DNA of 64,000 nt. It comes from Lingula anatina (lineage: Eukaryota > Animalia > Brachiopoda). How positions within the stretch are numbered: the stretch's first letter is position 1; the number at the start of each line of letters is the position of its first letter. The notes beneath the pieces are model-generated. The model worked only from the letters and a program-made list of their open reading frames with translations, ran no database searches and was not told the DNA's origin. The stretch spans positions 8,742,001-8,806,000 of the forward strand of contig CM120642.1 of assembly GCA_051362555.1 (NCBI GenBank). Direction: 5' to 3'. Shown piece after piece: positions 1 through 13,100 of this stretch. The translations under genes and the position numbers were made by a program.

Positions 1-100
1 GTTTATTTGGAATTATGTCAGTTTAACATGTAGTTCAGAAGTAAACAAGAGGCCATTCCCATCAAACCTGTCATCTCTTTTTTTTTATCTAAAGAAGTCC

Positions 101-868
101 TTAAATATCATCAACAAAATCATCTTTTAACTGCCTTTTGATATAAACTATAGTTGCTATTAGCATTGCAGTTACTGGGATGGTAAAAGGTAAAGTTTCA
201 CTTATCCTTACCATCCTACGGAATTTTACATCTTCGCGATCAGAAATGTTTATATTATACACATTTCTTCGCCACTGGTGAGCAGATCTTCTTAAGATGT
301 CTCGCTCTAGCTCTGACTTGTTAGCATACGCCTTCCACTCGGGATAGTGTCCATAACGGGAACCATCGTAATGATCTTTCAAATACTGATTGCTTAGTGT
401 CTCATAAGCTGTATTTAGGAGCGTAATTTTCTGATGTGCCGTCTCATCTGAGCAAACATCAGGGTGACATTTTTTGACTAGTCGGATGTAACTTTTTCTA
501 ATCTCTTCTTGGGTGGCACCTTTTGATATTTCAAGAATTTTGTAATAGTCCTCAGTCTGTTGAGCAGTATGTGTACTGGTATGTAGATGTCCCCTACCAG
601 CAAGATGTGCCAATGATCCTGGTATCAGTAAAAGCTCTGTTCCAAACTGGGAACTGTGGCAGAGTGTAAGATGTCTGTGACTTATATCCATTTGCTGAAT
701 GCCAAACTTATTTGAACTCGCATTCCTTTTGGAATGACATCTGGGAGATGGTGTTTGCAGTTTTTTAAATGCTATTCCATTGTGATGTGACTGCACGCTA
801 CTTTGGAAACTCCCAAGGTATACCCAGTTCCTCAAACATAAACTACATTGTGGCAGCAGTATCTTCAT
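101..868 (-). CDS. J-domain (DnaJ/Hsp40 type III) protein, probably mitochondrial and membrane-anchored (DNAJC4/DNAJC30-like), copy 1
   Basis: 255-aa ORF with J-domain DYYKILEI...IRKSYIRLVKKCHPD...LNTAYETLSN (HPD intact); N-terminus is S/R/H-rich and acid-poor; C-terminal hydrophobic helix LPFTIPVTAMLIATIVYI. Confidence 0.85.
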   Translation of the reverse strand: MKILLPQCSLCLRNWVYLGSFQSSVQSHHNGIAFKKLQTPSPRCHSKRNASSNKFGIQQMDISHRHLTLCHSSQFGTELLLIPGSLAHLAGRGHLHTSTHTAQQTEDYYKILEISKGATQEEIRKSYIRLVKKCHPDVCSDETAHQKITLLNTAYETLSNQYLKDHYDGSRYGHYPEWKAYANKSELERDILRRSAHQWRRNVYNINISDREDVKFRRMVRISETLPFTIPVTAMLIATIVYIKRQLKDDFVDDI

Positions 869-2377
869 ACTGTAATCTTATTAAACTCCAAAATGAAAAA
901 TCACTTTTAAAGGAATTCCTTTCCCATGGCAACTAAGCTGACCTTTCTAAGTTATGTCAATTTCAGCAAAATAAAATATGATGTGTGGGTTCCAAAGGTT
1001 TTGAAGCACGTCTTCCAAAAATTTAAAGGGGCAGAGTTACTGAAACAATTTGCTGGTTTCCTTTCTTGAAAAATCAATGCTATTCTCTCCAATATGACAG
1101 ATTTCTAGGTCTTCGTTTTCCAACAACAAACCTTTATTTCTTTGTTGGCTCAAGTGACATCAGCCATAGCCACCTGACTTTCCAGTCCTTAGCCTAAAAT
1201 CTCCTAGAAGCAAACAAAGCACCATCTCATACTTCACATGATTGTAAATGTTACCACCCGGTACAGAAGTGCATTTTATTTCTACAACTGGGGGGACAAG
1301 CAACAGAAATCTCCATATAGGAATCTGAAAGAAGGAACTCTGCCATCCTGTTGTTCTCTCGGCCTATCAACTTTATCAATTCTCATTTCTAGTCTTAAGT
1401 ATTTATCATTACAAAACCAGGTGGTAAGTTCCACATGTTATCATACACATTACTGAGGTTAAATATTGTACTTAATGCTACTTTTAAACCTTAAGCATTC
1501 CTAATATATATATCAGCTCACTTTGGAAATAAAACATGGGGACTTGAGTTTAAGAGCTATATCAGAATTTAAAAGGTCAGTAAGTTTTATATTAGTTCAG
1601 GCAAAACTGTTTGAACTTAGGAAGATGACTGTGCCATATAATGAATCATGTCAAAATGACATCAACTTAAAACAGTGTAAAAAGCACAGGTACACAACTC
1701 CAATCTTTAATTTTAACTTTAAATCAAAATCATTAGACTTTAAGAATAGTTATTTTTTTAACAACTAGAAACAATAAAACAACTTAGAGATCAGTGCTTG
1801 ACAAGGACAGCTGCTTTACTGTACAAATATAATTTTGCTCTAACTTTCAATTTTTTCAAAATTGTCAGTCATTTCATTTATCACCATTACAAAACCACTT
1901 CAAAGACAATATATCTTTCAGTTTTAAGTGTGAAGTCAAGCAGTGACCTTTGGAGCAATATTTTCATACTAGTACCTTAGAGGGAAGTGCTCCTTATAAA
2001 TGGCTTTTTCAGTACAGACTGTCGGTCTTCTATAGGGACCTTTTGAATCAGGTTCAATGGTTGACTAGGCAGTGGCATCCAATACCAGCACTGATCTCTA
2101 ACCTAAATAGATAAAGCAACCCAACTTTTAACCAGCTGTAGAATACATGGCTTATTGGATTATATATTCATCTACGTTAGGAGAGAAATACTAATCAGGC
2201 AAAAGTTGGGCAAGAATCAAAACTTTATTACTTTGACTTTGAAGGAATGAAAGTAAAAAAAGTTTCTCCTTTTCGGCATTCACAGAAAACCTTATGTAAG
2301 CCATAAGATAGCAAAATGCTTTAAAGTCAGTTTACTAAAATATGAATAATTAAGGGGCTAAAAACAATAAAAAAAAA

Positions 2378-2651
2378 CTAGAAAAGCACTCAGAGAGGGA
2401 AGACCTCCGCCAAAGCAGCAAAGTCTCCATCCAATGCCGTTTCACCCCTAAATTTTCGATATTATAAATCATTGATTGATTATTTATCTGGATCACCACC
2501 AAAAACTAATCATCCCTTCCTTGGCCCACTTCTGACAGTTCCTGAAAATTTCATCAAAATCGGTCCGTAACTTTTTGAGTTATATTGATGACAGACAAAC
2601 AAACTGACAGACAAACAGGGGTGTAAACATAACCTCCTTGGCAGAGGTAAT
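2378..2651. mobile_element. Short non-autonomous Helentron-associated (HINE/DINE-1-like) element
   Basis: Starts after an A-run (CTAGAAAAGCACTC); inverted motif ACCTCCGCCAA (~2403) / TTGGCAGAGGT (~2638-2648); internal ACAG/ACAA microsatellite; terminal hairpin ATAACCTCCTTGGCAGAGGTAAT. This layout matches HINE-type repeats of aquatic animals. Confidence 0.6.
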
Positions 2652-3011
2652 TACAATGAGCAATTGTTCAAGATAAATAAATTTGGAACAAGAATACTTA
2701 CTTACCAAAAAATCAATCTAACAAAATTTACGTTTGATGCTTTATTTATAGAATTGCAGGCATATCAAATGAACCAACACAAAGTCTTGGTTATGGAAAC
2801 CTTTGCAGACATTTAAAAACCAACAATATTTGGGGCTTACAATTCTTGAGACTTGTAACAAGTTTTGGATCTTTCTAACTTTGCACAAAGAACATGGAAT
2901 ATTAATAAAAGGAAAACATAATCATTGTCAGTAGATTCTATTGAAAGCAGAATTCTAATATACTACAAAACTTAACAAAGCACCTCCTCAAAAGTAAACA
3001 TATTTCCAGTA

Positions 3012-3752
3012 TTATTTACTCTTGTTTATGTCTGCCATAAAAGAGTCATGAAGCACAGATCTCATGCGTTTTCGGTGTTCTTCTCTTTTCTTATTAAGTA
3101 TCCTTTTCCTTTTCCTTGGAGACGAGGAATATATGAGAGACAGAAAAAGTGGAAATGCAACTGTGATCAATGCTGCGTACACTTTTATATATGTGTCTAA
3201 GAATTCCCAAAGTTTTGCCCTTGATTCTCGTAAAATACTCTGCATCTGCATTTCCTGCTCTCTCATGGCCTGCTTTCTTTCTCTCATTACTTTTTCTGCT
3301 TGATCACGCTTATATCTTTCAAATTCTTCACCAGATTTCCACCTTTGTTCTGACTTGTTACCAGACTCAGTCCGGGAAAATCCACCTGTGAAGGCAGAAG
3401 TATTGCGCAATCTGAATTCTTCATCATACTCTCTTTTCAATAATGGATTTCCTATGACTTCATATGCTTCATTTATTTCTGTGAATTTCTGGTGGGCATT
3501 CTTTGCTTTATTTCTATCAGGATGCAGCTTTTTTGAGAGCTCAAAAAAAGCAGACTTAATCTCCTGTGGTGTAGCTTCAAGGTGGACACCGAGGGTTTTA
3601 TAATGGTCTTTAAAATGCTGGTTATGCTGTTTATTTGTGTACAAAAATCTACGATGCCAAACAGTACAAGCAAATCTACCTTGCTTTATGTATGACCATC
3701 CAAGACACAAAGATTGTGTCAAACCTTGCAAGTGGGATCTTGGAAAAGTCAT
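3012..3752 (-). CDS. J-domain (DnaJ type III) protein, probably mitochondrial and membrane-anchored, copy 2
   Basis: 246-aa ORF; DHYKTLGV...IKSAFFELSKKLHPDRN...FTEINEAYEVIGN; basic presequence-like N-terminus; charged coiled segment, then TM helix VYAALITVAFPLFLSLIY. Likely 5'UTR intron (acceptor ~3854, donor ~4307). Confidence 0.88.
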   Translation of the reverse strand: MTFPRSHLQGLTQSLCLGWSYIKQGRFACTVWHRRFLYTNKQHNQHFKDHYKTLGVHLEATPQEIKSAFFELSKKLHPDRNKAKNAHQKFTEINEAYEVIGNPLLKREYDEEFRLRNTSAFTGGFSRTESGNKSEQRWKSGEEFERYKRDQAEKVMRERKQAMREQEMQMQSILRESRAKLWEFLDTYIKVYAALITVAFPLFLSLIYSSSPRKRKRILNKKREEHRKRMRSVLHDSFMADINKSK

Positions 3753-4109
3753 GGGCAGACCCTTAGGACGAGCTGAGGTTTAGCAAGGCTGCTTAGTTAT
3801 TTTCATCATATATTGCAGCCCTTTCCTTTGTGTTTTTGCAGCAGTATATGTACCTACGAAAATAACATATGTATGATCATACACTGAGCACCAGTAAGTT
3901 TATCGTTATTCAACTTGAACTTCCAAGGTCGTTTATTGAGCACGTAGCAAGTTGCAAAGTACGCAATGATTATCATAGAAACATGTAAACAATAAAACAG
4001 GAATTATCTTAAAGATAGAATGTTATGAATGTCGTTGTTTTTAATAGTTACGAATGCAGGTGCCGATACAATTTTCAAGGGTATTTTTACAGAACACTCA
4101 TGTCGACTA

Positions 4110-4440
4110 AAGGGTGAACGCGCATGTGCCGAAAGTGCAGCCATTTTCAATTCAAGCTGTTGGCACAACTTTACGTCCCCTTACGTGTAATACGCGGTAT
4201 ACAATCTAATAACAATTCGCTTAAAGAACACAAGTGTCTGAAAACTCAACACAAGTACTCCTTACTTGCGTTAAAGATGTAATGTTTTAATTGTTAGTAA
4301 GAACTTACCAGCACCCCGCCGCCGAAAGGTGCACTTACACAATCCAGGCACATACCTTTCTGCGCATGTCTGACCCAGAACCAAAAACATAGACGCTACT
4401 GCGCAGGTCTATGCCGCACGTGACACGTGATGTGATGTGA
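4110..4440 (-). promoter_or_regulatory. Putative housekeeping-type promoter of DnaJ copy 2
   Basis: Locally CpG-rich; NRF1-like GCGCATGT (~4120, ~4362), YY1-like GCCATTTT (~4140), tandem E-boxes CACGTGACACGTGA (~4417); surrounds a GTAAGT donor on the minus strand at ~4302-4307. Confidence 0.4.
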
Positions 4441-5985
4441 AAGTACATGTAGCAAAAAAATATGCTGAACCCCATGTTGCATATGTTACTAACTGTTTCC
4501 CTTTCTTTTAGATGTTGTATAAACTTTTACTTATAACTTTATTTTTACTACTATTATTACTTTTAATTTGATTCAGTTTTACTTCATACCTTAATTAATT
4601 TATGTATCTTTTATTCATTGACACAATATTTTGTATTCTAACCCCTCAGAGAGCCATGTGAAAGATAAGTGTATAAACTTAACATGTTTTACCCTCTATC
4701 ATTTATTCGTCTTCTTATTATTATATGTATTTATACATGCACTGTATATACATCTATAATACATAACCTTTAAATGTAATTGTATCAATATTTTAATTTT
4801 TTATTTCATTTTTTTTTAATTAATGTAAATGCAACATTTTTATCACAATTTTCATTCAGATATTGATGAGTTGTTGAAAATATTGAGTTGGTTTCACTTC
4901 TATTAAAAATAGTAATTTTTTAAAAAACTGATTTGTCATAAATCTCGGTAATTATTTTGATTTTTCATTTATTGGAATATACATGTATACTGGCCTGTCT
5001 TAATATTGCACAATAACCAGTGCATGTACATGTATGTATATACGCAAGAATAAATTGCACTTTCATTTATTTGAACAACTACGGACTTGCAAGATAGCTT
5101 TCTCAATTTGTCATTTATTTGAACATGTAAATACTATACACCTGATAGCTTTCTTAATTTGTCATTAGTTTTCCAAGCATTCTAGCATTATATTGTGCCT
5201 TGTTTGTATTATGACTCCATTATTTTTTTATTTAATTTTTTACATCACAATCATGTTTAAAAAATTAAACATTAGACAGCATAAATAAAAGAAAAATAAC
5301 ATATTAATAACAAATATAATAAAGAAAAAAGTTCTTTTGTAATTTAATCAGTGTATATACCAGCAACTTTTCCATTTTTTAACACCACACATATATATAA
5401 TGTTAAACTGTAATTTCAGCCCATTCTAGAGGTGCAGGTTTAATTATCACTGTGGTAAACTTCACCTAATTAACTTCATGCTTGCACATATCTTTTCTAA
5501 ATCCAAAAAACTGATTACTTTAACTTCTGGGAAAAGAATCAGATAAGGCTTTTTTTTTTAAAAACTGGAGCTATATTTTAGTCCTTACGATCACTCTTAT
5601 AAGTTCGAGACTAATATTAGTTTCACACAGTTATCTATTTACTGAATACAGTGAAAAATACATATTAATGGTTGACTCCAACAATGGCAAATTAAGACAG
5701 ATGAGGTGACATGTTATGTCTGTACTGAGGTTTTAAACACGATTTGTTCCATTTAGTACACAATTACACAAATTCATGCATTAGCACCCACTTTCCATCT
5801 TGGATATATATATATATATATATGGGACTACTACTAGTAAGTACTTGATTTCTTCTTATCAATATTTGAACACCTTTAAAGGCCCCCAATACTCCAAAGA
5901 AAAAGGGAATAATTAACGTGGAAATGAAATTTTACATACATTTATGTCTGTGCATCACATTAATAAAAACATCAAACAAAAGTGT

Positions 5986-6663
5986 TTATACTTTCTTCTT
6001 GCTTTGTGGGGCTTCACACAACATATAAGTCAAAAGGCATGGGATAAAAATGGTAATAAATACAGCAAAAACCCTCCCACCATCAACTATTGTGTCATGA
6101 ATCTGGTTGAAAAGTTCCCTCATAATTCTCTGGTTTTCTTTTATAAATGCTCTCCTCCTTTTTTCTGCATCTCTCTCCATCTGTCTTCGATGCTCAAGAA
6201 TTCTCTTATAATTTTCAGCATACCAACGGTCAAAGTCTTCAGGTGTCTTCCAGTGCTGCCCAACACCAGGACCTTGGCGACTCTGGGGATACTTGTATGA
6301 CATAGTTGAACTTTCCTTGAACTTAGAAGGAAAGTGAAGAAAGAACTCATTATCATACTTCCTACGCATAGAGTCATTACCAATTACTTCATATGCTTTG
6401 TTTATCTCTGTGAACTTTTCATGTGCATTTGAAGCACTGCTTCTGTCAGGATGGAATTTCTTTGACAGTTCAATATAAGCAGCCTTGATCTGTTTCGCTG
6501 ATGCCGTATGGGAAATGCCTAATGTTGCATAGTGATTCTGAAACTGATGCTTTTGCTGTGATGTCCTAAAGCATCTCAATGGCTGACGAACATGCTGTGA
6601 CTGTAAGTTACAAACAAAGTGAGCAACTTTCACAGTGTCACTTTGAATCCTCTGGAAAGCCAT
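5986..6663 (-). CDS. J-domain (DnaJ type III) protein, probably mitochondrial and membrane-anchored, copy 3
   Basis: 225-aa ORF; NHYATLGI...IKAAYIELSKKFHPDRS...FTEINKAYEVIGN, closely similar to copy 2; presequence-like N-terminus; TM helix VFAVFITIFIPCLLTYML. Confidence 0.88.
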   Translation of the reverse strand: MAFQRIQSDTVKVAHFVCNLQSQHVRQPLRCFRTSQQKHQFQNHYATLGISHTASAKQIKAAYIELSKKFHPDRSSASNAHEKFTEINKAYEVIGNDSMRRKYDNEFFLHFPSKFKESSTMSYKYPQSRQGPGVGQHWKTPEDFDRWYAENYKRILEHRRQMERDAEKRRRAFIKENQRIMRELFNQIHDTIVDGGRVFAVFITIFIPCLLTYMLCEAPQSKKKV

Positions 6664-6997
6664 CCTGTTGGTATAAATTTGACATTAACTTGATCATTTA
6701 CTAGTTTAATTGCCACTTTTCTTAGCTAATTTTTGATCTTTTAATTTCATATGTTGTAGTTTGGTACAGCAGTACATGTATATAGAGTCAGTAAAAAATC
6801 CCTCCCGCACTACGGCTTCCTTTTTTACACATCATGATATAGTCTTCAGATCTTCTGTATAACCAATATACCCATTGAATGAATTTCATGTACCCTGGAA
6901 CAGTCACTTGTACCTGAAAATGAATATATTTATCATGTGAAAAAAAATCAATTTACTAGTAATCAGTTTTTTAAGCCTGAGACCCACTTTCCATCTT

Positions 6998-6999
<2 letters not shown>

Positions 7000-7071
<72 letters not shown>
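7000..7071. repeat. (TA)n microsatellite
   Basis: About 35 TA units. The same lead-in, CCCACTTTCCATCTT(A/G)GA(TA)n, also occurs at ~5787-5823. Confidence 0.95.
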
Positions 7072-7075
<4 letters not shown>

Positions 7076-7645
7076 AGATAGGTATATAAATGCATGAATG
7101 TTCATGCTGTTAGGTATGTTACATTTTGGCAAAAACTACACAATTAAGTATCAATTTTAAGTTGGGATATATTCACCACTCCGTCCAAGGTTGCGAGTAG
7201 GCCTACTCAGCAGCAATTTAAGTTCAACTCAATTTAAGTCTCGCAAGTGGCACTAACATATTGAACATATTTTAGTTCTACGTGGATTATGCTTTACCTT
7301 CTATCGGCCCTATTTAACTGTAAACTCAGGCCTGCAATCTTAGTCCCTGTTACATCGTCTGCATTATGACTGTGACCTCTGGGAGTTGCATAAGTGTGGC
7401 GTGTTGAACTTGTGTCGGACCAAATCCGTACTGTCAATATTTGTTTCTGTCTTCATTAAAACTTATTTAATTATTTTTTTCTGTTTATAAGACAAGTAAA
7501 GCATATGATATTGTGTCTTAACTAGACGAGTAACACTATGCAGACATATATACGTTTGGCAACGGCAACATTCATAGAACGTTACGTTATGATAACGCGT
7601 GATTGTACGAGATGTTTTTGGCAATTGCGACAGGTGAGATGTTAT

Positions 7646-7661
7646 CAGTCTGTCCGGAGAT
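7646..7661 (+). repeat. Left terminal inverted repeat of the Academ element
   Basis: CAGTCTGTCCGGAGAT preceded by TAT; exact reverse complement at 17731-17746. Confidence 0.92.
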
Positions 7662-10196
7662 TCCGAGCTGCGCGTGCACATTGACTGAAGCGACGGCCAT
7701 TTCCGCACTACTTTCAGCAAAATCGAGTGAAAATGGACGACTTTTGATCTCTTCCTGTTTTCATGTGTATTTTTGTCAACTGTTGATGTGATTAAACGAT
7801 ATGTATATAAAAGGAAGCGGGAATGTCTAGGGATTAGGAATTTTAAGGTTAGTTGTCATAAATAATAGATTTATAACGGTAAAATGGAGGATTTATCCAC
7901 GCGGTTGATTGCAAATGGAGCCCCGTTTCAGGTGTCCGAAATTTTCTATTAAAAGATTTCAGTAAGAAGTTAAAGTCTCACAATTTTTTAAAAACTAAAT
8001 CATGATAGCCTACTTAACTGGGTTTCTAGCAGTGTATATGTTTTGCAAATTCAGCTTTGTCCATTTTTTTTAGCGGGAGGTGAAGTGCGCAGCAAGCGCT
8101 CGCATTTCTGCAGCGTTTTACACTAATGCGTTTCAAGTATTACAAAATTGCTACATTGTTGATTTCAGCGGCGTTCTATATATGTCATAAAAGGTAAACA
8201 AGTTGGCTTTATGTTGGTGTAAAAATATGTTGTGTTTGGGTCCCAAATCATTGGCACTGGTGTTAATATATCCGCGAAGTTCGCGTTAAAGTCTGCAAAA
8301 CCGACTTTTCTAATCGCAGTATGTTACGGTGGTTTGGTATCGCAGGAAACGCAAAATACCTTCAAACGATTACATCTCACAGAAAGACAAGATCATAAAC
8401 TTTCAAATGATATATCGTAAGGTATGTATCTCACCATTTTTTCTTATTTTGTGTGGGGGATTTCATTTATGCCCAAACGACGAAAAAAAATGGCACCCAT
8501 TGAAGTCACAATTCGTTGCGTCACGTGACCACTGTTCTACAGGCTTGTGTACATAGTTTCAAGTTTTTAATGTTAGCCCAACCTGGTTGTGATAATATTA
8601 AAAATATAGATTAAGTCGGTATATGTAACATCATAAATGTATCCTTCCCTCCAAGTTATTTTGCATTCTTCAAATATCAAATCTCTACTATTATCTTCAA
8701 GATAGAAAATAATTTTAAAAAACTGGTACTTGAACATGTTACTTTCAGTTATATTTCTAAACTTTAAAATAATTGTCCAATTCATTTTTATTTGTTATAT
8801 TAAAATGAAAGGAGGCAAAAAGAAGTCAATGTCAATGAGATGATGAAAAAAAAAAAAAAAAGGGAAAAGAAATTAGAAAATATTCAAGTCCATCTGTGGG
8901 ACAGGCAGACATACATATTAAGCTGCCCTTACAGGAGAAGTTTCATTCCTCTGACTTCATTAGTTTTTTTTTCTCTTATAAAATACATATATGTCCTTGG
9001 AATAATCTGAACAACCAGTAATGATTTGTCTTTTACTTCTCAAGTTTATAGCTCTCACAAATGAACACAAATGTAGCATTATTTTGCTATCTCTATCAAT
9101 ATCATTCTTTCAGTAAAGATTCTGCTTTTCGACAGTTTTCAAAACTGCACACAAGATATTTGGCCAATTGTCATCAAAATATCATTCTGAGCTCCAAACA
9201 ACAGTATCATCCTTGGTCTCTTGGGTCAATAATTTGTCCATACTTTGCTGTCCAAACCATACACCTTTTATTGCTAACAACATGCAGGATTCTAATGGCT
9301 AATAGGACACAGAGTGGACCGTTTTCTTTTCGTGGTCCAGGGGTTCTAACAGCTTGCCCTGCAATATAATACACAGATTTTTAAGAATCACTACTTTTTC
9401 ATCACTTTTTCCCCCACTAAGTGGTTTAAACTTGACAAAAACAAATCAAATTAACACTATTTACTTCAGCCAATTCAAGTCAATTTTAGTGCTTGTGCTA
9501 AATTTACCTCAGTCATGTCTAAGTTTAAAATATGTTCAAATAATGGTATATAAACAAACCTGAACTAGGTCAAAGACACTTTGCCATTTTCAAATCCACC
9601 TAAAATGTGTGTCACTACTGAGGCAGCTGTCCTTTTAATACTTCACATTCTTGTGACCAACATACCTGTTAATAAAAAAAATTGTACATTATACACCAAA
9701 ACTTCCATCCTAGCTTTAATATTTAAAAACATTAAATGTTTAATTAAGGAGGAGTTATTAATTGAATGTAACTTATTTATCCAAACTATTTTTGAAAATA
9801 CAATTTTAAAAAGCCTTAAACCTTACTCATTAAGGAGCTCCCCCTGTGGCTCTGTCTAGCAGACTTCAGGTATTATCAAAGGAAGTGCTCAAAGTCATCC
9901 ATTAAAAAGATATTTAAACATGTCACCAGTCTCATGAGCTGAGGAAGGAATTGAGGATGATGATTTTGATGCCAATTTGCTGAACTAAGCAGTACCACTT
10001 CAAAGCTCATTAGTGTTGGGTAAAACACCTAAAAGAGAAAATATGGTATATTTATATGTCTGTTCACACATCCACACAACAGATAGCTAATTCATAAAAA
10101 TATCATGTGTGTAAGGGTTTTATGAATGACAGTTAGGAATTATACTTTAACAAATTGTTTTTCTAAAATATATATTTACATCAACACATTTCTTAC

Positions 10197-13100
10197 CTAA
10201 TTAAGTAGTTCAAGTTCCAAGCTCCAGAAACTACTTAAGCCATCAATTTCATCTACGTTCAACTCATTTTTAACAGTTATATCTAAATTATTTTCATTAT
10301 AATTATCACAAATCTCACTGTCTTGATTGACAACAGATAGGCTTTCTTCTTTTAGCCCTTTCTTGATGGACTCATTGTGCGGGTTCTTGCAGTTTATACA
10401 CAAGCAACTAGGCCCACAAAAAAAAGAATTCTGGTAGCACTTGCACTGAGTTTTGACACAATTGGATTTTTTGCAACTGCAGCCACTAGTCAAAAATCGG
10501 GAAGTTTCTTCAAACTTGTGTAAATTGTAGTCTGATTCCCATATTGGTGAGATACTACTTTCACCCACTGTCCAACCAAAATTTGATAATGATGGATACT
10601 CAATGTGGGTTGAATTGGCCTGTGTCCAAACTTTAACAACATACAAAGAACGCAGCCAATGGAAATGAATTGAATCAAAAGATGGAAGTTGATGATCTAA
10701 GGAGGAAATTCTTTTTGAGGTAGTGGACCGGATATGAGAGAGGAACTTGCGGTGTATTTCAATATTATCTAAGTCAGAATGCTCATGAAGCAAGGATGTA
10801 AATAGATTTTTTGGACCTTCAGGGTATGAGGAAGAACAACTTTTGGCATACAGACAGCCCAAAAAACGACAAAATGAAAGAAAACCATTATCATCTGCAC
10901 TCCCTATATCAGCTTTAATGAAATCCGCATGATTATAAAAAGTGTTGAAGCAACTTATTTTCCCAAACCCTTTCACAAAAGAAGTGAAATCAGATCCAGA
11001 CAATACATAAAGTGACTGAAGGATGACACCAATATTATGTACATTGAAAAGCTGCAATGAAAAATCATGTGTCAGACTGTGATAAAGTGAAGACATATCT
11101 AAGAATAACTGATCATGCATTTTATCATGAATATGAACATGTACTGTTTTATGAGGGTATTGAGGAATAAAAGGAAGGCCAATAAAAGGGATATCAGTGT
11201 CAATGGAATAAATCAAAATATGAGTGCAGGAACTTAATAATGCCTGGTGCCAAACTAATGTGTCCCCCTCTTGATGATTGTTGTTCAAATTTAAGCATAT
11301 TTTTCCATTGATAATAGATTTAGAATTCAAAGAGTCATGAAAAGAACCACATATGGTAAAGTGATGATTTTCTGATAAATGTAAAAGACCCAATTTCAGT
11401 AAGCATTCACTTAAGTATGAAACTAACAATTTTTTGTTGTGACGGTTTCGTAAAAATTTATGCCAATCTGAGGGCAGAGATGTGGTGTCATCAACATGAG
11501 GTAAAGGCCCCAGTGTTTCACCATGGTCTCTTTTTTGTCTTTCAATGCTCTTTGGGTTCAAAATTTCTTCTTGACAATCAAAAACAATGTGAACTTCCCT
11601 GTAACTGTGCTTTTGAAAATTAGAAAGGACATATCGATCAAACAAAAACTTTGAATAATGCAAAAATTTGGAATGATGAGGTGCTGGCTTTATTTTATTG
11701 ATGAGAACCATTGCATCAAAAATGAGGCATTCTTTTTGGTCAGGGCTGCTGGTTGAGAAAGAGGGTGGATAATGTTTTTCCAGAAAGTCTAAAGCTTTTG
11801 ACTTATCACCCTTATTGGGGGTTCCATCATAAGAACAAAATGCAAGGGGTACTTTAACACAAGATTTACTTAAAGATTCTGGAAATGTGCCATATTTTTC
11901 ATAAAACTGAATCTGTTTCTGTAATAAATTATTAACACTTTTCAAATCACTCACTTCTTTCTTTTTGGCTGTCCCAGATGCTGGTTTCACTGTAAATGTA
12001 TTCAATTTGTTTTTCCTTAATGGTATTTTTGCATTTTGAGGTGTATTTAAGATAAAACATTGTATAAAATCTTCCAGAAACTTTTCCCCCTTTTCATAGA
12101 AATTCAACAAATCAACAGACTGAATGTCTGAAGCAATAACATTCGAAAAAAGATGGCACAATGACAGATTTTTGATGTCCGTATTTACATAAAACTTTGA
12201 GGTTTTCAGTAAATTGATGAATGCAACAATGTTGTCTTCAACAGCCCTTCTATGACCCAAAGACTGGTCTTTATGAGGTGGATTTAAACGAGAAGGGTAC
12301 AAGAAGGAAAAAATATTGTTGAAACAGTGGGATCTAAAAGGGAGATACGAGAGTGATGAAGAAATTGATGAATTGGTTAAAGATTTTAATGAAGCTTTCA
12401 TGTCACGGTTGATGCACATTTCATGGGCTTCATCAAATGCAAGAGATGAGAATGGATGACCCAACAAGTTAATGACAAAGCCACCTTCTGCAAAATTAGA
12501 AACAACAGATTTCGGGAAGCGAGCATGTAAATCAAACAAATGTTGGGGAATTAGCTTCATATAATTTTGTGCATCAAAAGCATGAAATAAAGGTGACATT
12601 TTTTTCAAACAAAAACTCCTAAGATGCCAATCACCTGTTCTTACAGAAAGATATAAAGCAATGTATAAAAAACAATCTCTATGAACAAAATTTAACCAAA
12701 AAGACCAGGTTTTATTTTTTTGAGATAACTCTTTAGTAAATTCTGAAAATTCCCTTTGAGTTTCCTTAATATCATCAAGAAAATTACAATTTAAGTTATA
12801 CATCTCACCATTTCTTTCTAACAAAATTTTGTCCATCATGTCAGCAAGTTTCACAATAATGTCTTCATTAGACCAATCAACATCTCCACACTTCCATTTA
12901 AAATACAATTCAATTTCAATTCTAAAAAAAGCTTCCCAAATTTGAAGTAGAAACATGTGTGTTTTATCAAAATTCTTGGCTTCAGCCACAGCCTTACCCG
13001 TAGCCCCATAATGAAACAAATTAATGAGTTCTTTTAATCCTGCATCATAATAAATTTTAAGTAAAACATGTTGATAGTTTTTCAGTGTGTGAAATTCTCC

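Noticed and set aside
6904-7095. ORF with YIYIYI repeats, and similar low-complexity ORFs at 29118, 41948 and 60550
   Set aside because: Translations of microsatellites.
8232-9859. Short plus-strand ORFs in the left arm of the Academ element as a second transposon gene (e.g. AcademH helicase)
   Set aside because: All are 102 aa or shorter, with no helicase or PHD motifs; splice signals point instead to minus-strand UTR exons.
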